DNA from: an uncultured virus (IMG/VR IMGVR_UViG_3300044642_001197)
Lineage: Duplodnaviria > Heunggongvirae > Uroviricota > Caudoviricetes
Length of the DNA: 64,000 nucleotides
Reading direction: 5' to 3' (one strand)
IMG/VR virus record: IMGVR_UViG_3300044642_001197
Below are positions 36,195 through 46,469 of this stretch, piece by piece. Under the pieces are notes generated by a model. It made no database searches. It was given only the letters and a program-made list of their open reading frames with translations, and was not told the origin of the DNA. The stretch's first letter is position 1; the number at the start of each line of letters is the position of its first letter. Position numbers and translations under genes: made by a program.

Positions 36195-38477
36195 ATGCAT
36201 TCCAACGAGCAGCTCCTGGAGAACATTTCCCCGGACGGGGGAGTGCCACAATGCCGGATCAAAGATCCTCAGGCAGCGAAGGCGCTGTTCGATCGCCTTT
36301 ATGAGGCGGACAAGATTCGGCGCAAGAACCGCGCATCCGCCCAGGCCATGCTTGACGGGGTGCCGCCTTACGACGAGGCGGAGCTTGCCGCCACCGGTCA
36401 ATCGGAGGTGGCCAACATCAACTTCGGCGAAGGCGAGCAGTTGCTTGAGGAGGCGATGGCCGGATACGTCGATTTGCTCTCCTCGGTGGAACGCCTTGTG
36501 GCCCTGCGCACGACTTACGGGGACAAGAGCCAACGCTACGAATGGGAGCAGATCATCGCCGAGGAGATCACCCGGATGCTGCGAGCGTGGCCCCGTTACA
36601 CGTCGAGCTTCCTTTTGCTGGCCAATTACTTTGTGGGGCAAGGGGTAGGCGTGGTTTACCACGAGGACGAGATCGACTGGCGGTGGCGGGTGACCGGGCT
36701 CGGGGATTTCTTGATCCCCAACCACACATACGCATGTGAGGAAGAAATCGAGGTTGCGATCTGCCGGAGATCCTACCAAGTCCATCAGCTCTACGCCTTT
36801 ATTCGGGATGAACAAGCTGCCGCCGAAGCAGGCTGGTGCGTGGAGGAGGTTAGGAAGGCGATCCTGGAGGCGACGTCAACCAACGCGTCGATAAACTCAG
36901 GGTTCGCCGATTGGGAGGCGCTCCAGGCCGAGTTCAAGAACAACGACCTCATGCTGGGGTATGCCGCAAGTGCCGAGGTGCGGGTCCTACATATTTGGAA
37001 CCGGGAGTTCGACGGGAGCATCAGCCACACGTTGACGATGGAGGACGGCTCCAACGAGAAATTTTTGTGCTACCGAAAGAGCCCGTTCACGGATGTGGCT
37101 CAGGCGTTTACGATCTTCACCTACGGGATCGGGACCAACGGCTACTACCATTCGATCCGGGGGCTTGCCCACAAGGTGTTCCCGCATGTGGAAGCCACCA
37201 ACCGGCTGCGGGGGAGGTTTTTTGACGGGTCGATGCTGGCGTCCTCGATGCTCATTCAGCCCGAGAACGAGGAGGCGCTGCAGGACATCGCGATGTTCTA
37301 CTACGGGCCGTATGCCGTGGTTCCGCCCGGGGCGAAAGTTGTCGAGCGCGCGACCGCCAATTTTGCGCAGTCGGTTGTGCCGATGCTCAACGACCTCACC
37401 CAGTTGATCCAGGATAAGACGGGGTCGTATCGCCAAAGTTCCAGCGCACGCACCGGGCTCGCCAAGACGAAGTTTGAGGTGCAGGTGGACGCGGCCAACG
37501 GGGCCCGGCTTTCCGCAGCGTCCCTGAATCTTTTTTACGATCCGCTCCAGAGGCATCTGCGCGAAGTCGTGCGGCGGATCACTCGCCGAGGGTATCTGCC
37601 TGCCGAACCCGGCGGGCGCGAGGTGCTGCAGTTCCGGAAGCGGTGTTTGGCCCGAGGGGTGCCCGAGGAAGCCATCTACCGGGTGGACCTCGACACGGTT
37701 GTGGCGGTCCGGGCCGTGGGGTCCGGGTCCGAGGTCGCTCGGTTGGCGGCGTTTGAGGAGTTCATCCAGCTCATGTCGTCCTTCGACGACGCGGGTCGGC
37801 GCAACGTGCTCCGGGACCGTGTGGCCGCGCGCGTTGGCTACGATCAGGTGGACCGTTACGTGCCGCCGATCGACGCGGACGCAAGACCGATGCACGATCA
37901 GAAGATCGCCGAGCTGGAAAACAACTCGATGCGGGCGGGGTATCCCATCGAGGCGTTCCCGAACGAGAACCACCTGATCCACGCCCGCACTCACGCTGCG
38001 TTGATTCAGGAATACATCGGCGCGCTCGACCAGGGGCAGATGCCTTTGGAAACCGCAGCGCCTTCGTTGGTCAACCTCGTCAACCACCAGACCCAGCATG
38101 TGGAGCGGTTGGGCGAGGACGGAGCGATGGCCGAAGAAGCCGCCATGTTGCGCAAGCAACTGCAGGAGACGGCTGAGTTCACATTCAACGGGATGGAAAA
38201 GTTGCGTAAGCAACAACAGCAGCAACAGGCGGAAGCCGCCCAGCAGCCGCCCCAGCAACAGCCGACCGCCGAGGGCGGGCAGCCTCCGAAGGAGGACGGT
38301 GAATTTGCCGCCAAGATCCAGAGGCAAGCGGCGGAAACCCAAGCCAAGATCGAGATGATGAGGCAGCTCTTTAGCGTCAAGCAATCCCTCAAGATTGCGG
38401 AGTTCCGGCAGAAAGCGGCGTTGGCCGACGCGCAGCAAGCCGCCCGGATGAGCCGCGAAAACAATTTCGGGTTATGA
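36195..38477 (+). CDS. portal protein
   Basis: 760 aa, follows the terminase, helical with a Q-rich C-terminus. Confidence 0.7.
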   Translation: MHSNEQLLENISPDGGVPQCRIKDPQAAKALFDRLYEADKIRRKNRASAQAMLDGVPPYDEAELAATGQSEVANINFGEGEQLLEEAMAGYVDLLSSVERLVALRTTYGDKSQRYEWEQIIAEEITRMLRAWPRYTSSFLLLANYFVGQGVGVVYHEDEIDWRWRVTGLGDFLIPNHTYACEEEIEVAICRRSYQVHQLYAFIRDEQAAAEAGWCVEEVRKAILEATSTNASINSGFADWEALQAEFKNNDLMLGYAASAEVRVLHIWNREFDGSISHTLTMEDGSNEKFLCYRKSPFTDVAQAFTIFTYGIGTNGYYHSIRGLAHKVFPHVEATNRLRGRFFDGSMLASSMLIQPENEEALQDIAMFYYGPYAVVPPGAKVVERATANFAQSVVPMLNDLTQLIQDKTGSYRQSSSARTGLAKTKFEVQVDAANGARLSAASLNLFYDPLQRHLREVVRRITRRGYLPAEPGGREVLQFRKRCLARGVPEEAIYRVDLDTVVAVRAVGSGSEVARLAAFEEFIQLMSSFDDAGRRNVLRDRVAARVGYDQVDRYVPPIDADARPMHDQKIAELENNSMRAGYPIEAFPNENHLIHARTHAALIQEYIGALDQGQMPLETAAPSLVNLVNHQTQHVERLGEDGAMAEEAAMLRKQLQETAEFTFNGMEKLRKQQQQQQAEAAQQPPQQQPTAEGGQPPKEDGEFAAKIQRQAAETQAKIEMMRQLFSVKQSLKIAEFRQKAALADAQQAARMSRENNFGL

Positions 38478-38770
38478 TGACACTCACCCAGTGGAATGCG
38501 CGGGAGGATCTCCAGTCGGAACTGGCCAAGGTGCTCGAAACCCCCGCGCTCCGGACCGCTCTGGAGGTGTTGATCCATGCCGGGCTGCCCGGGCCGATCG
38601 GCATTCCGTCCAACGGATCACCACTTGAACACGGCGCTCTGCTGAACGCACGCCGGGAAGGCTACTACGAGTTCTACCGGCTTTTGCACAAACTCACCAC
38701 CAAGCCCGCGCCGATGAAATCCGCGCCCCAGGCTTGGCAAGGAAAACACGTTCTCGACCCTAACGACTGA
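38474..38770 (+). CDS. small head-module protein
   Basis: Between portal and scaffold; overlaps the portal stop codon. Confidence 0.6.
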   Translation: MMTLTQWNAREDLQSELAKVLETPALRTALEVLIHAGLPGPIGIPSNGSPLEHGALLNARREGYYEFYRLLHKLTTKPAPMKSAPQAWQGKHVLDPND

Positions 38771-38772
38771 CC

Positions 38773-39948
38773 ATGACCCAAACAACTCCCGCCGAATCCG
38801 CCCCGCAAACTTCGCCCGCCCCGCAGGCCGCCCCGCAGGCCGCCCCCTCAACTCCCACCCAATCGAGCGGGGACAGCGGGAATTGGATGGACTCTCTGGA
38901 CAAAGCGTTTGCCGCGTTGGAGCAGGCCGAACCCGAGAAAGTTCCCAAAAAGGGAACCGACGAAGTTCCCAAAAAGGGAACGGACCCTAAAGCCGAGGCC
39001 AAGACTGAGGCCAAAGCCGAGACACCAACCGAGCCCAAAACGGAGGCGAAAACCGACGGGGAAGACCCCGAGGTGAAAAGCATGACGCCAGCGGCGGGTG
39101 CCCGGTTCAAGGAGTTGAAGGGGGAAGTGAAGGAGTGGAAGGCGAAAGTGGCCGAGCTGGAACGCAAAATCGCCGAAGCCAAGCCCGCCGCGCCCGATCT
39201 CGACGCACTCCCCGAAGTGCAGGCGCTCAAGGCCCGTTTGGATGAGCAGGAACGCGAACTGGCTTTGACCCGCGTGGAGGCCACCCAGGAATATAAGCAG
39301 TCGGTGCTGGAGCCACTCAACCAAGTGTTGGGACTGGCGGGAGGGTTGGCTGAGAAATACCAAGTGGACGGCGACGCGTTGAACCGCGCATTGGCCGAGA
39401 CCGACGTGGACAAACAAAGCGACCAACTCCAAGACCTCGCCGTTGGGTTCTCCGAGCGGGATCGGATCAACCTTTATCGGTTGGCGGACGACATCGGCGT
39501 GATTCTCCGGCGCCGGGAGGACATCCAGGCCAACGCCAAATCGGCTTACGAAACCCGGCAGCAGAAGGAGGCGGCGGAAAAAGCCGCGCAGGACGGCACC
39601 CTCAAACAGAGCCGGGACGCGGCTTTGGGGGAGGTGTATAAGGTCATCGAGTCGAAGGTGGCGCTGCTTTCGGACAAAACCATTTCCGAGGATGTGAAGG
39701 CGCGTGTGGCCAAGACCGACATTTTCAACGCGTCTCCGGACGTGCAGGCTTACGCGGCCTATTCGGGGGCGCTCCTGCCCCATGTGCTCAAGGCCAACAA
39801 AGCGCAGGAGGCCCGGATCGCGGAGTTGGAGAAGGTCATCACCGGGTTCCGGAACACCGTGCCGAGGGCCGGGGGCGGCAAACTGGAGGCGTCGGAAGTG
39901 GCCGGGGACGTGGGCTTTCTTGAAGCCGTCGAGAAAAACTGGGGGTAG
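38773..39948 (+). CDS. capsid scaffolding protein
   Basis: Disordered K/E/P-rich N-terminus and coiled coils; precedes the MCP. Confidence 0.65.
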   Translation: MTQTTPAESAPQTSPAPQAAPQAAPSTPTQSSGDSGNWMDSLDKAFAALEQAEPEKVPKKGTDEVPKKGTDPKAEAKTEAKAETPTEPKTEAKTDGEDPEVKSMTPAAGARFKELKGEVKEWKAKVAELERKIAEAKPAAPDLDALPEVQALKARLDEQERELALTRVEATQEYKQSVLEPLNQVLGLAGGLAEKYQVDGDALNRALAETDVDKQSDQLQDLAVGFSERDRINLYRLADDIGVILRRREDIQANAKSAYETRQQKEAAEKAAQDGTLKQSRDAALGEVYKVIESKVALLSDKTISEDVKARVAKTDIFNASPDVQAYAAYSGALLPHVLKANKAQEARIAELEKVITGFRNTVPRAGGGKLEASEVAGDVGFLEAVEKNWG

Positions 39949-40201
39949 GCGGAAGGGTATTGACAAGGCGTGTCACTACGTGGGAGATTGACCGCGCAGA
40001 TTCGAGCCTGTTTTGCTCGAAGGGTTCGCTTGGACCATAAAACCATTCTACGTCGTTTCAGTTAGAAGAGCATAAATCCTCGGGCATCCCCGAGGGCCGT
40101 CCCTGGCTCGGGATCAGGCGCGAAAGAACACCCGCACGAGCACGGCGCAGTCGCGCCGGGGTTTAAGCGGATCGCATCAACCTTTTCCCAAATCCCACCG
40201 T

Positions 40202-41362
40202 ATGCCCTACGACGTAGATCAACTTCTCATCAATGAATCCGGCCGCATCGGCCCGGACATCTACCGCAAGACCCTCAACACCTCGCCCTGGCTCAAGCTG
40301 GTCAAACAAGACACTTGGCCCGACGAGATGGGGGATGCCATCTCCGTGCTCACCTACGAGCGGTCGCTTTACGCCAACCCGCTTTCGTGGAACACGGTGA
40401 CCTACAACACCGGCACCGGGAACAACTGCGTGCCGGAAGCTCAGGTCATCAACTTCGCGCAGACCCTGCGCACCTACAACCTCAAGCAGACCGCGCTGGA
40501 GTCCCCTCCGATCTGCGTCAACGACCTGCGGTTCACCATGAAACGCAAGGAGCAGCTCTCCAACGTCTTCTCCATCCTCCAGGAAAACACTTCTTGGGCG
40601 TGGCAGGAACGGTATCGTGATGAATACACGCGTCTTGCGGAGCACAAGATGGTGGCTTTCGGCAGCGGCCTGCCCGAAAGCTCCGCGTCCTTCCCGCTCA
40701 CCGCGCCCAACAGCCGTCTTACCCAAGGCATTCTGGATAGGGTGTATATGAAGCTGGTCCGCGACGGCGCTGGGAACAACCCCATGGGGCGCCAGAATGG
40801 CAAGCCTGAGTTCACGATTATCTGTTCGCCCGAAACGAGCGACGCCCTTCTGCGGGACGACGCGAATGTGCGCAACGATTATCGATGGAACCCCAGCAAG
40901 GTAAATGAGCTGTTGGCACCGCTCGGCGTAGAGCGCAGCTACCGTGGTTACTACCACTTGATCGACCTCATGCCTCCGCGCTGGGACTTCGTTTCCGGCA
41001 CCTGGGTGCGGCGTTACCCTTACGCGAGTGTCGCCGCCACCCAAGGCAACAAGTTCGACGTTTCGCCTGATTACGAGAACGCCGCCTTTGAGGACACGAT
41101 CGTGTTCCATCAGGACGTGTTCACCTCGTTGATTCCGGCGCCGATCACTTCGCCTGGAGGCAACACCAAGTTCGATCCGGTGAGTTACCGGGGCGAATTC
41201 AAGTGGAAGAACATCCTCGATAAGGAAACCAACCCCGACGGCCTCATTGGTTATTTCCGGGGCGTGCTCTCCAGCGGGTCCAAACCCGTCCGGCCCGAGT
41301 GGGGCTACGTCATTCGGCATCGCCGCTGTGATGTTGCTCTGGGCCTCGTGAACTGCAGCTAG
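40202..41362 (+). CDS. major capsid protein
   Basis: 386 aa, follows the scaffold, strong codon bias, followed by a terminator. Confidence 0.75.
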   Translation: MPYDVDQLLINESGRIGPDIYRKTLNTSPWLKLVKQDTWPDEMGDAISVLTYERSLYANPLSWNTVTYNTGTGNNCVPEAQVINFAQTLRTYNLKQTALESPPICVNDLRFTMKRKEQLSNVFSILQENTSWAWQERYRDEYTRLAEHKMVAFGSGLPESSASFPLTAPNSRLTQGILDRVYMKLVRDGAGNNPMGRQNGKPEFTIICSPETSDALLRDDANVRNDYRWNPSKVNELLAPLGVERSYRGYYHLIDLMPPRWDFVSGTWVRRYPYASVAATQGNKFDVSPDYENAAFEDTIVFHQDVFTSLIPAPITSPGGNTKFDPVSYRGEFKWKNILDKETNPDGLIGYFRGVLSSGSKPVRPEWGYVIRHRRCDVALGLVNCS

Positions 41363-41383
41363 GCCACGGCCAACTAGGTATTG

Positions 41384-41417
41384 AAAAGGGGGCCGGGTGA
41401 TCTCGGCCCCCTTTTTC
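41384..41417 (+). terminator. intrinsic terminator after the MCP
   Basis: AAAAGGGGGCCG...CGGCCCCCTTTTT. Confidence 0.85.
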
Positions 41418-41426
41418 TAGAAACAT

Positions 41427-41657
41427 ATGGAAAAACGATTTTCTAAGAAGGTGACGAACCCGGCTACCGGACGGACCAAAACGGTGCGTTACGGGCAGGC
41501 GGGCGGAAAGATCGGTCCGATCGGGTCGGCCCGGGCGGACGCGTATTGCGCGCGCAGCAACAAGATCAAAGGCGACTGGCGCAAAGACCGAAACTCACCT
41601 AACTCGCTTTCCCGCCGCAAATGGGCGTGCCAGGGGGCGAAGAGCGTCAAGAAATAA
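41427..41657 (+). CDS. small basic phage protein
   Basis: YGQ.G...AYCARS...W.C pattern. Confidence 0.65.
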   Translation: MEKRFSKKVTNPATGRTKTVRYGQAGGKIGPIGSARADAYCARSNKIKGDWRKDRNSPNSLSRRKWACQGAKSVKK

Positions 41658-41664
41658 CAACACT

Positions 41665-42009
41665 ATGAACGTAAACGACATGCTTGGTGGTGCGGACGAA
41701 AAACCCATGGCCGGGGGAGCGCCCAAAGGGAAAGGCATCTCGATGCCGAAACCGGAAGGACTCGAAGTGCCCGAGGGTTTGCCGCCCGGCGAAACTTTTG
41801 AGGTCATGGCCTCTGTGAAAATGGGTCCCGCTGGAATGCTCGTCATTGACGCGCTTGACGGCGTGCCTGTGAGCGACAAAGCCGAGGAGGCAGCCGAGGA
41901 ACCTGAGGACATGGAGGAGGAATACGACTCCATGGAGGAGGAGTCCGGTGAGGACAAAGCGCCCGGCTTTTTGATGGCGATCGAGAAAGGCATGAAGCCG
42001 AAGAAGTAA
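41665..42009 (+). CDS. acidic hypothetical protein
   Basis: 114-aa ORF in the late operon. Confidence 0.6.
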   Translation: MNVNDMLGGADEKPMAGGAPKGKGISMPKPEGLEVPEGLPPGETFEVMASVKMGPAGMLVIDALDGVPVSDKAEEAAEEPEDMEEEYDSMEEESGEDKAPGFLMAIEKGMKPKK

Positions 42010-42015
42010 GACATC

Positions 42016-42348
42016 ATGGCTGCAGGGACCTACAATCTCGCCATCGAACAGGGGGCGACTTTCAGCCTGCAGATCACATTGCAAGCTCCTGGGAGCGGCG
42101 TGTTTTCGCTGGTGGGATATACCATCCGCGCGCAAATACGCCGCTCCCGTTCTCATTCCAAGGCCACGGATCTGACGGTCACGGTCGCCGCGCCCGCCAC
42201 CGGGGTGTTTGTGCTTGGGTTATCGGCGGCGAAAACCGCCGCGTTGGATTTTCAAACAGGCGTCTGGGATTTGGAGATTACCTCGGGGGGTGTGGTAACC
42301 CGGGTGCTCCAAGGAACGGTGGAAGTGAGCCCGGAGGTGACCCGCTAA
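42016..42348 (+). CDS. beta-sandwich tail-fibre adaptor-like protein
   Basis: YNL.IEQGATF...WDLEI...RVLQG.V.VSPEVT. Confidence 0.65.
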   Translation: MAAGTYNLAIEQGATFSLQITLQAPGSGVFSLVGYTIRAQIRRSRSHSKATDLTVTVAAPATGVFVLGLSAAKTAALDFQTGVWDLEITSGGVVTRVLQGTVEVSPEVTR

Positions 42349-42349
42349 T

Positions 42350-44671
42350 ATGTCGTTGGACGTCACAGTGACCCCCGGTGGAGCGATCGCCGCGCAGGTA
42401 GCCGTGGGGCAGAACGTGGTGGCGCAGGTCAACCAGGTGTCGGCGATTGTTGCCCCGGTGGTTGCCCAAGGCACCGTTGTGGCGTCGGTGGGTCCTGGGC
42501 AAGAGTTTGTGGCTCAGGCTATGGGCGGCGGGCCTCAAGGGCCTCCTGGGCCCACGGGGCCTCAAGGCCCGCAGGGAGCAACGGGTCCACAAGGACCTCA
42601 AGGGGCTACCGGTGCCACAGGCCCTCAAGGTCCGCAAGGAACCACAGGAGCGACCGGCCCGCAGGGACCGCAGGGAGACCAAGGCCCACAAGGTGTTGCG
42701 GGTCCGCCGGGGGATACCGGGCCGCAAGGACCCCAAGGGGATGCTGGAGCGACCGGCCCGCAGGGGGCGCTTGGGCCGCAGGGGGATACTGGCGCGACCG
42801 GGCCTCAAGGAGCAACCGGACCGCAAGGCCCTCAAGGTGACACAGGCCCTCAAGGCCCCCAAGGGGTGGTGGGTCCTGCTGGACCACAAGGCCCTCAAGG
42901 GCTCCAGGGCGCGACCGGAGCCACGGGCCCACAAGGCCCACAAGGCCCACAAGGCCCTCAAGGTCCCCAAGGTCCGCAAGGCGCTGGCGCGGATTTGACT
43001 TCGCCCGGGCCCATCGGCGGCACGACTCCGGGGGCGGCTTCGTTCACCACGTTGGCAGTCAGCGGCGGGGCCACACTTTCAGGGGCGACGTTGGGGACCA
43101 CCGCAGGCTCCTCGTCGCTCGCTCTTTCCGTCCCGGTCAACACGGGGAACATCAGCAGGCTCGAAGTGGCGTTCCTGCGTTACAACAACGGCACCGATTG
43201 GCAGACGGCCACCACCCGACTGCAGCAGGTGGTGGATTTTACGACGATGTCCTACATCGACTTCAATCCGCCCGGAGAACCGTGGGGTCTTGCGATCGGC
43301 GTAGGCAACGGCACGACCTCTCCGCAGGAGGTGCTGCGGTTCCGATATGGCGGCGCGGACTTGATACGCCCTTACACCGGGTTTTCTTACGATTCCTACG
43401 CCTCGCAGCACGTCGCCTTCACAAAGAAGGCCGGGGGGTATAGCTACTATTTCCGCAAATCGGACACTGGGGCCTCCGACGGGCCGAACCTCACCACTCT
43501 CTTTGAAATACACGACAATGGCGACACTGTAACTTCTGGGGTCGCTTATTCCCCACTCAGTCGTGTCACCAACAATTACGCGCAAACGCAGTTGCTCACC
43601 GACCAAGGACGGGGTTGGCGGCTTATCACCGAGTCCCACGGCAACACGTTTGGGGACCTTGTCCTCCAAGGAACCGTCGACAATTACATAACGTCTTTTG
43701 TCACTCCTCTAACGCTGAAAACAAACGGCGACGTTGAGATGTCGGGCAGCGTCATCACCGGCCAGCGGCTGGAAATCAACAAATTCGCCACGGCGGATTC
43801 CGTTGGCTACATCGACATTTGCGCGCAGCCCGGCTCCGACGCTGACGCGCGCATTTGGCGAGACGGCGGGGCGAACGGCGGTTTCAGCATCCAAAACGGG
43901 GGCAACGGGAACCTTGGCTTTTACACGGGCGGCGCCGCAGGGCAGCCGTGGACGGCGAACAAAGGGTTCCACATCAACGGCTCAAACGGGACGTTGTATC
44001 TCACCAACGGGCTGGCGTTGGAGAACAGTCAGGCGCTCCATTTCCGCGACACGGGGGGTTCCTACCCCTACATGCTCACCCAGGCCGACAACAACTGGGT
44101 TTTCTACGGCTCCGGCAGCACGGGCGCCCCGCGCCCCATCATGTCGTGCATTATGCGCAGCGACACCGAGCCGTTTCGGTTTTATGTGCCGCTAGAGGTG
44201 GAGGGCAACCCAGTCGGGGGGCCCGGGTCTATTGTCAAGACCGTGTCTGCAGAGTCGACAACGTTTGCCACGATGACTGCGGTTATCCCTGCGGATGACA
44301 CAATCCCTCAAAACACCGAGGGAACACTAGTCCTTTCAGCACCGATTTCCACTACCGCAGACTTTCGCATTATACGGGTGAGGGTATCCCTCTACGGTTC
44401 GGTTAACGTCGCCGGTGCGACTATAACAGCCGCTGTGTGTTTCAATCAGTCCCACGCACAACATGCGTTCGCTACCGCCGTTCCGGCGGCCAATTATGCG
44501 GTGAGCATGCATAGTGAGTGCCAATTATCCGTCGGCGTAGCGGGAACGTACACTGTTTTTGTCCGCATCGGGCCCAGTTCAGGGACATTGAGCCTGAACG
44601 GTTTGAATGGAACGCGGCGTTATGGAGGGGTTGCCAGATGTTCACTCGTTTTAGAGGAGCTCGGAGCATGA
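42350..44671 (+). CDS. collagen-repeat tail fibre
   Basis: Long GPQ/GAT Gly-X-Y run (~42535-42985) followed by beta-rich domains. Confidence 0.8.
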   Translation: MSLDVTVTPGGAIAAQVAVGQNVVAQVNQVSAIVAPVVAQGTVVASVGPGQEFVAQAMGGGPQGPPGPTGPQGPQGATGPQGPQGATGATGPQGPQGTTGATGPQGPQGDQGPQGVAGPPGDTGPQGPQGDAGATGPQGALGPQGDTGATGPQGATGPQGPQGDTGPQGPQGVVGPAGPQGPQGLQGATGATGPQGPQGPQGPQGPQGPQGAGADLTSPGPIGGTTPGAASFTTLAVSGGATLSGATLGTTAGSSSLALSVPVNTGNISRLEVAFLRYNNGTDWQTATTRLQQVVDFTTMSYIDFNPPGEPWGLAIGVGNGTTSPQEVLRFRYGGADLIRPYTGFSYDSYASQHVAFTKKAGGYSYYFRKSDTGASDGPNLTTLFEIHDNGDTVTSGVAYSPLSRVTNNYAQTQLLTDQGRGWRLITESHGNTFGDLVLQGTVDNYITSFVTPLTLKTNGDVEMSGSVITGQRLEINKFATADSVGYIDICAQPGSDADARIWRDGGANGGFSIQNGGNGNLGFYTGGAAGQPWTANKGFHINGSNGTLYLTNGLALENSQALHFRDTGGSYPYMLTQADNNWVFYGSGSTGAPRPIMSCIMRSDTEPFRFYVPLEVEGNPVGGPGSIVKTVSAESTTFATMTAVIPADDTIPQNTEGTLVLSAPISTTADFRIIRVRVSLYGSVNVAGATITAAVCFNQSHAQHAFATAVPAANYAVSMHSECQLSVGVAGTYTVFVRIGPSSGTLSLNGLNGTRRYGGVARCSLVLEELGA

Positions 44672-45063
44672 CGATTCAACACGCACACCACGCAAATCCG
44701 GGCGGCACCACCGTCATCGTAAAGACCGACGCCGCCGGGGATGTTTTAATCGACCTGCAATCCCCCGAAGCGGCGGGCCCGTGGGCCGAGGTTTTCACCC
44801 AGTGGCTCGCCGAAGGCAACACCCCCGACGCCTACAATACCCCACCCAACCCCGAAGCCCTTCGCGCCGAGCTTTACGGCAAGTTCCTCACCCTCCCGGC
44901 CCAAGTGCGCGGGATGTTCCTCCCCCAGTGGGCGGCGGTGAATGCAGCCTTTGATTACAACGATGTGGAGGCGGCCGTGGCGTGTATCGAGATGGTAACT
45001 GTCCCACCCGAACTCGAAACCTTCAAATCCGAACTCTTAGAGATCCTGAGCCGAGCTTTATGA
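44668..45063 (+). CDS. tail fibre assembly-like protein
   Basis: ATGA-coupled to the fibre; WLAEGNTP motif. Confidence 0.55.
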   Translation: MTIQHAHHANPGGTTVIVKTDAAGDVLIDLQSPEAAGPWAEVFTQWLAEGNTPDAYNTPPNPEALRAELYGKFLTLPAQVRGMFLPQWAAVNAAFDYNDVEAAVACIEMVTVPPELETFKSELLEILSRAL

Positions 45064-45305
45064 ACTACTTGAACGACCCCAATTCGCTCGCCCAACTCAC
45101 CCCTTCGTTGATTTTGGCCGTCTTCGTAGTCGCGTTTTGGAAGCGGGATGAGAAGCGTGATATTGCGCGCGACAAACGCATCTCGGCTCTGGAGGCCAAA
45201 CAGGACGAACACGCCGAGCAATATCGGGAGTTGGCCGAGCGTGTGGCCGACGTGGTCGGGCAAACCAAACAAGTCATGGAGAAGGTTCTGGAGAAACTTC
45301 AATGA
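45060..45305 (+). CDS. holin-like membrane protein
   Basis: One TM segment then a charged coiled coil. Confidence 0.45.
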   Translation: MNYLNDPNSLAQLTPSLILAVFVVAFWKRDEKRDIARDKRISALEAKQDEHAEQYRELAERVADVVGQTKQVMEKVLEKLQ

Positions 45306-45471
45306 CCCGACTCGAATTGCTGGGTGTTAAAATCGTATCGGTTTCGGAGTCCCGGTGTGTCATCGCCCTGGAGACCCACCCCAGCATCCCCGTGGAGTTG
45401 ACCGTGACTCCGCGGCAACTGGTGGCGCTTCTCGCGGAGATGCGCGGCCGATTGGAGGCGCTCGCATCGGC

Positions 45472-46209
45472 ATGAAGCGCATCCTCGCCGTCGGCTGTTC
45501 CCACGGGATTCACGCGGACCCCAAGGCGCTGGCGGCGGTGCTCAAGTTCAAACGCGAGTTCCGGCCCCACACCGTGGTGCACCTGGGGGATTTTGTGGAC
45601 ACCACCGCGTTTCGCGGCGGATGCGCGGGCACCTCGGACGAGATGGAGCCTGTGGAGCCCGACATCGACGGGGGCCTCGATTTCCTCAAGCGTCTGGGGG
45701 AAGGCCTCAGCAGGGGTGGGTTGGTTGTGTTGGAGGGAAACCACGAGCACCGGTTGTATGACATGGCCAAAAGCCCGTCGGCTGTGAAAGCGCATTGCGC
45801 CGGGGAGATCATTCGTCGGATCGAAACCCGGGTGGCGTTGTCCAAGGGGGTTCTGTATCCGTGGCGCGGGGTGTTCGGCGGGGTGCGCTTGGGCAACTTT
45901 CAATTTTTTCACGGCTCGGTGTTTGGTGAAAACGCCACTCGGGATATGGCTGAGATGCACGGCAACGTCGTGCACGCGCACACGCATCGCCCAGCACTCG
46001 CCACCGGGCGCCGGGACGATTTTCCGATCGGCATTGGGGTGGGCACGTTGACCCGCCGGGCCGAAGCCGGCTACGCCAAGGCTCGCCGGGCCACACTGGG
46101 TTGGGGCCAAGGGTTTGTGTGGGGAGAATACAACGATCGCACAGCACATCTACAATTATGCCTCGGCCCAAACGACCAGAACGAAAGCAGCGAGTGGATG
46201 CTGCCCTAA
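45472..46209 (+). CDS. calcineurin-like metallophosphoesterase
   Basis: CSHG, GDFVD, GNHE, FHG, HTH motifs. Confidence 0.8.
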   Translation: MKRILAVGCSHGIHADPKALAAVLKFKREFRPHTVVHLGDFVDTTAFRGGCAGTSDEMEPVEPDIDGGLDFLKRLGEGLSRGGLVVLEGNHEHRLYDMAKSPSAVKAHCAGEIIRRIETRVALSKGVLYPWRGVFGGVRLGNFQFFHGSVFGENATRDMAEMHGNVVHAHTHRPALATGRRDDFPIGIGVGTLTRRAEAGYAKARRATLGWGQGFVWGEYNDRTAHLQLCLGPNDQNESSEWMLP

Positions 46210-46436
46210 AGCCCAAAGACCCCAGTTTGGCGAAGCTCGTGCAGAGCCTTTCGCGCGACCCCGATCCTGTTCCGCCCGGGTATAGAACGGCGGTGGATTG
46301 GGCGCGCCAATGGGGGAAGAGTCTTGCACATACGTCGGAGCTGCTGCGCCGGGGCGTCGCTCAAGGTTCAGTGGAGGCGGTTCAACTCCGGATTCCCCAT
46401 TGCCGATTCGCGGTCAACCATTACCGGATCTTGTAG
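46158..46436 (+). CDS. small winged-HTH-like protein
   Basis: VPPGYRTAVDWARQWGKS...HY. Confidence 0.5.
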   Translation: MPRPKRPERKQRVDAALKPKDPSLAKLVQSLSRDPDPVPPGYRTAVDWARQWGKSLAHTSELLRRGVAQGSVEAVQLRIPHCRFAVNHYRIL

Positions 46437-46469
46437 TGGGCCTTCTACGGGTGTATGTAACCTAGCGCC

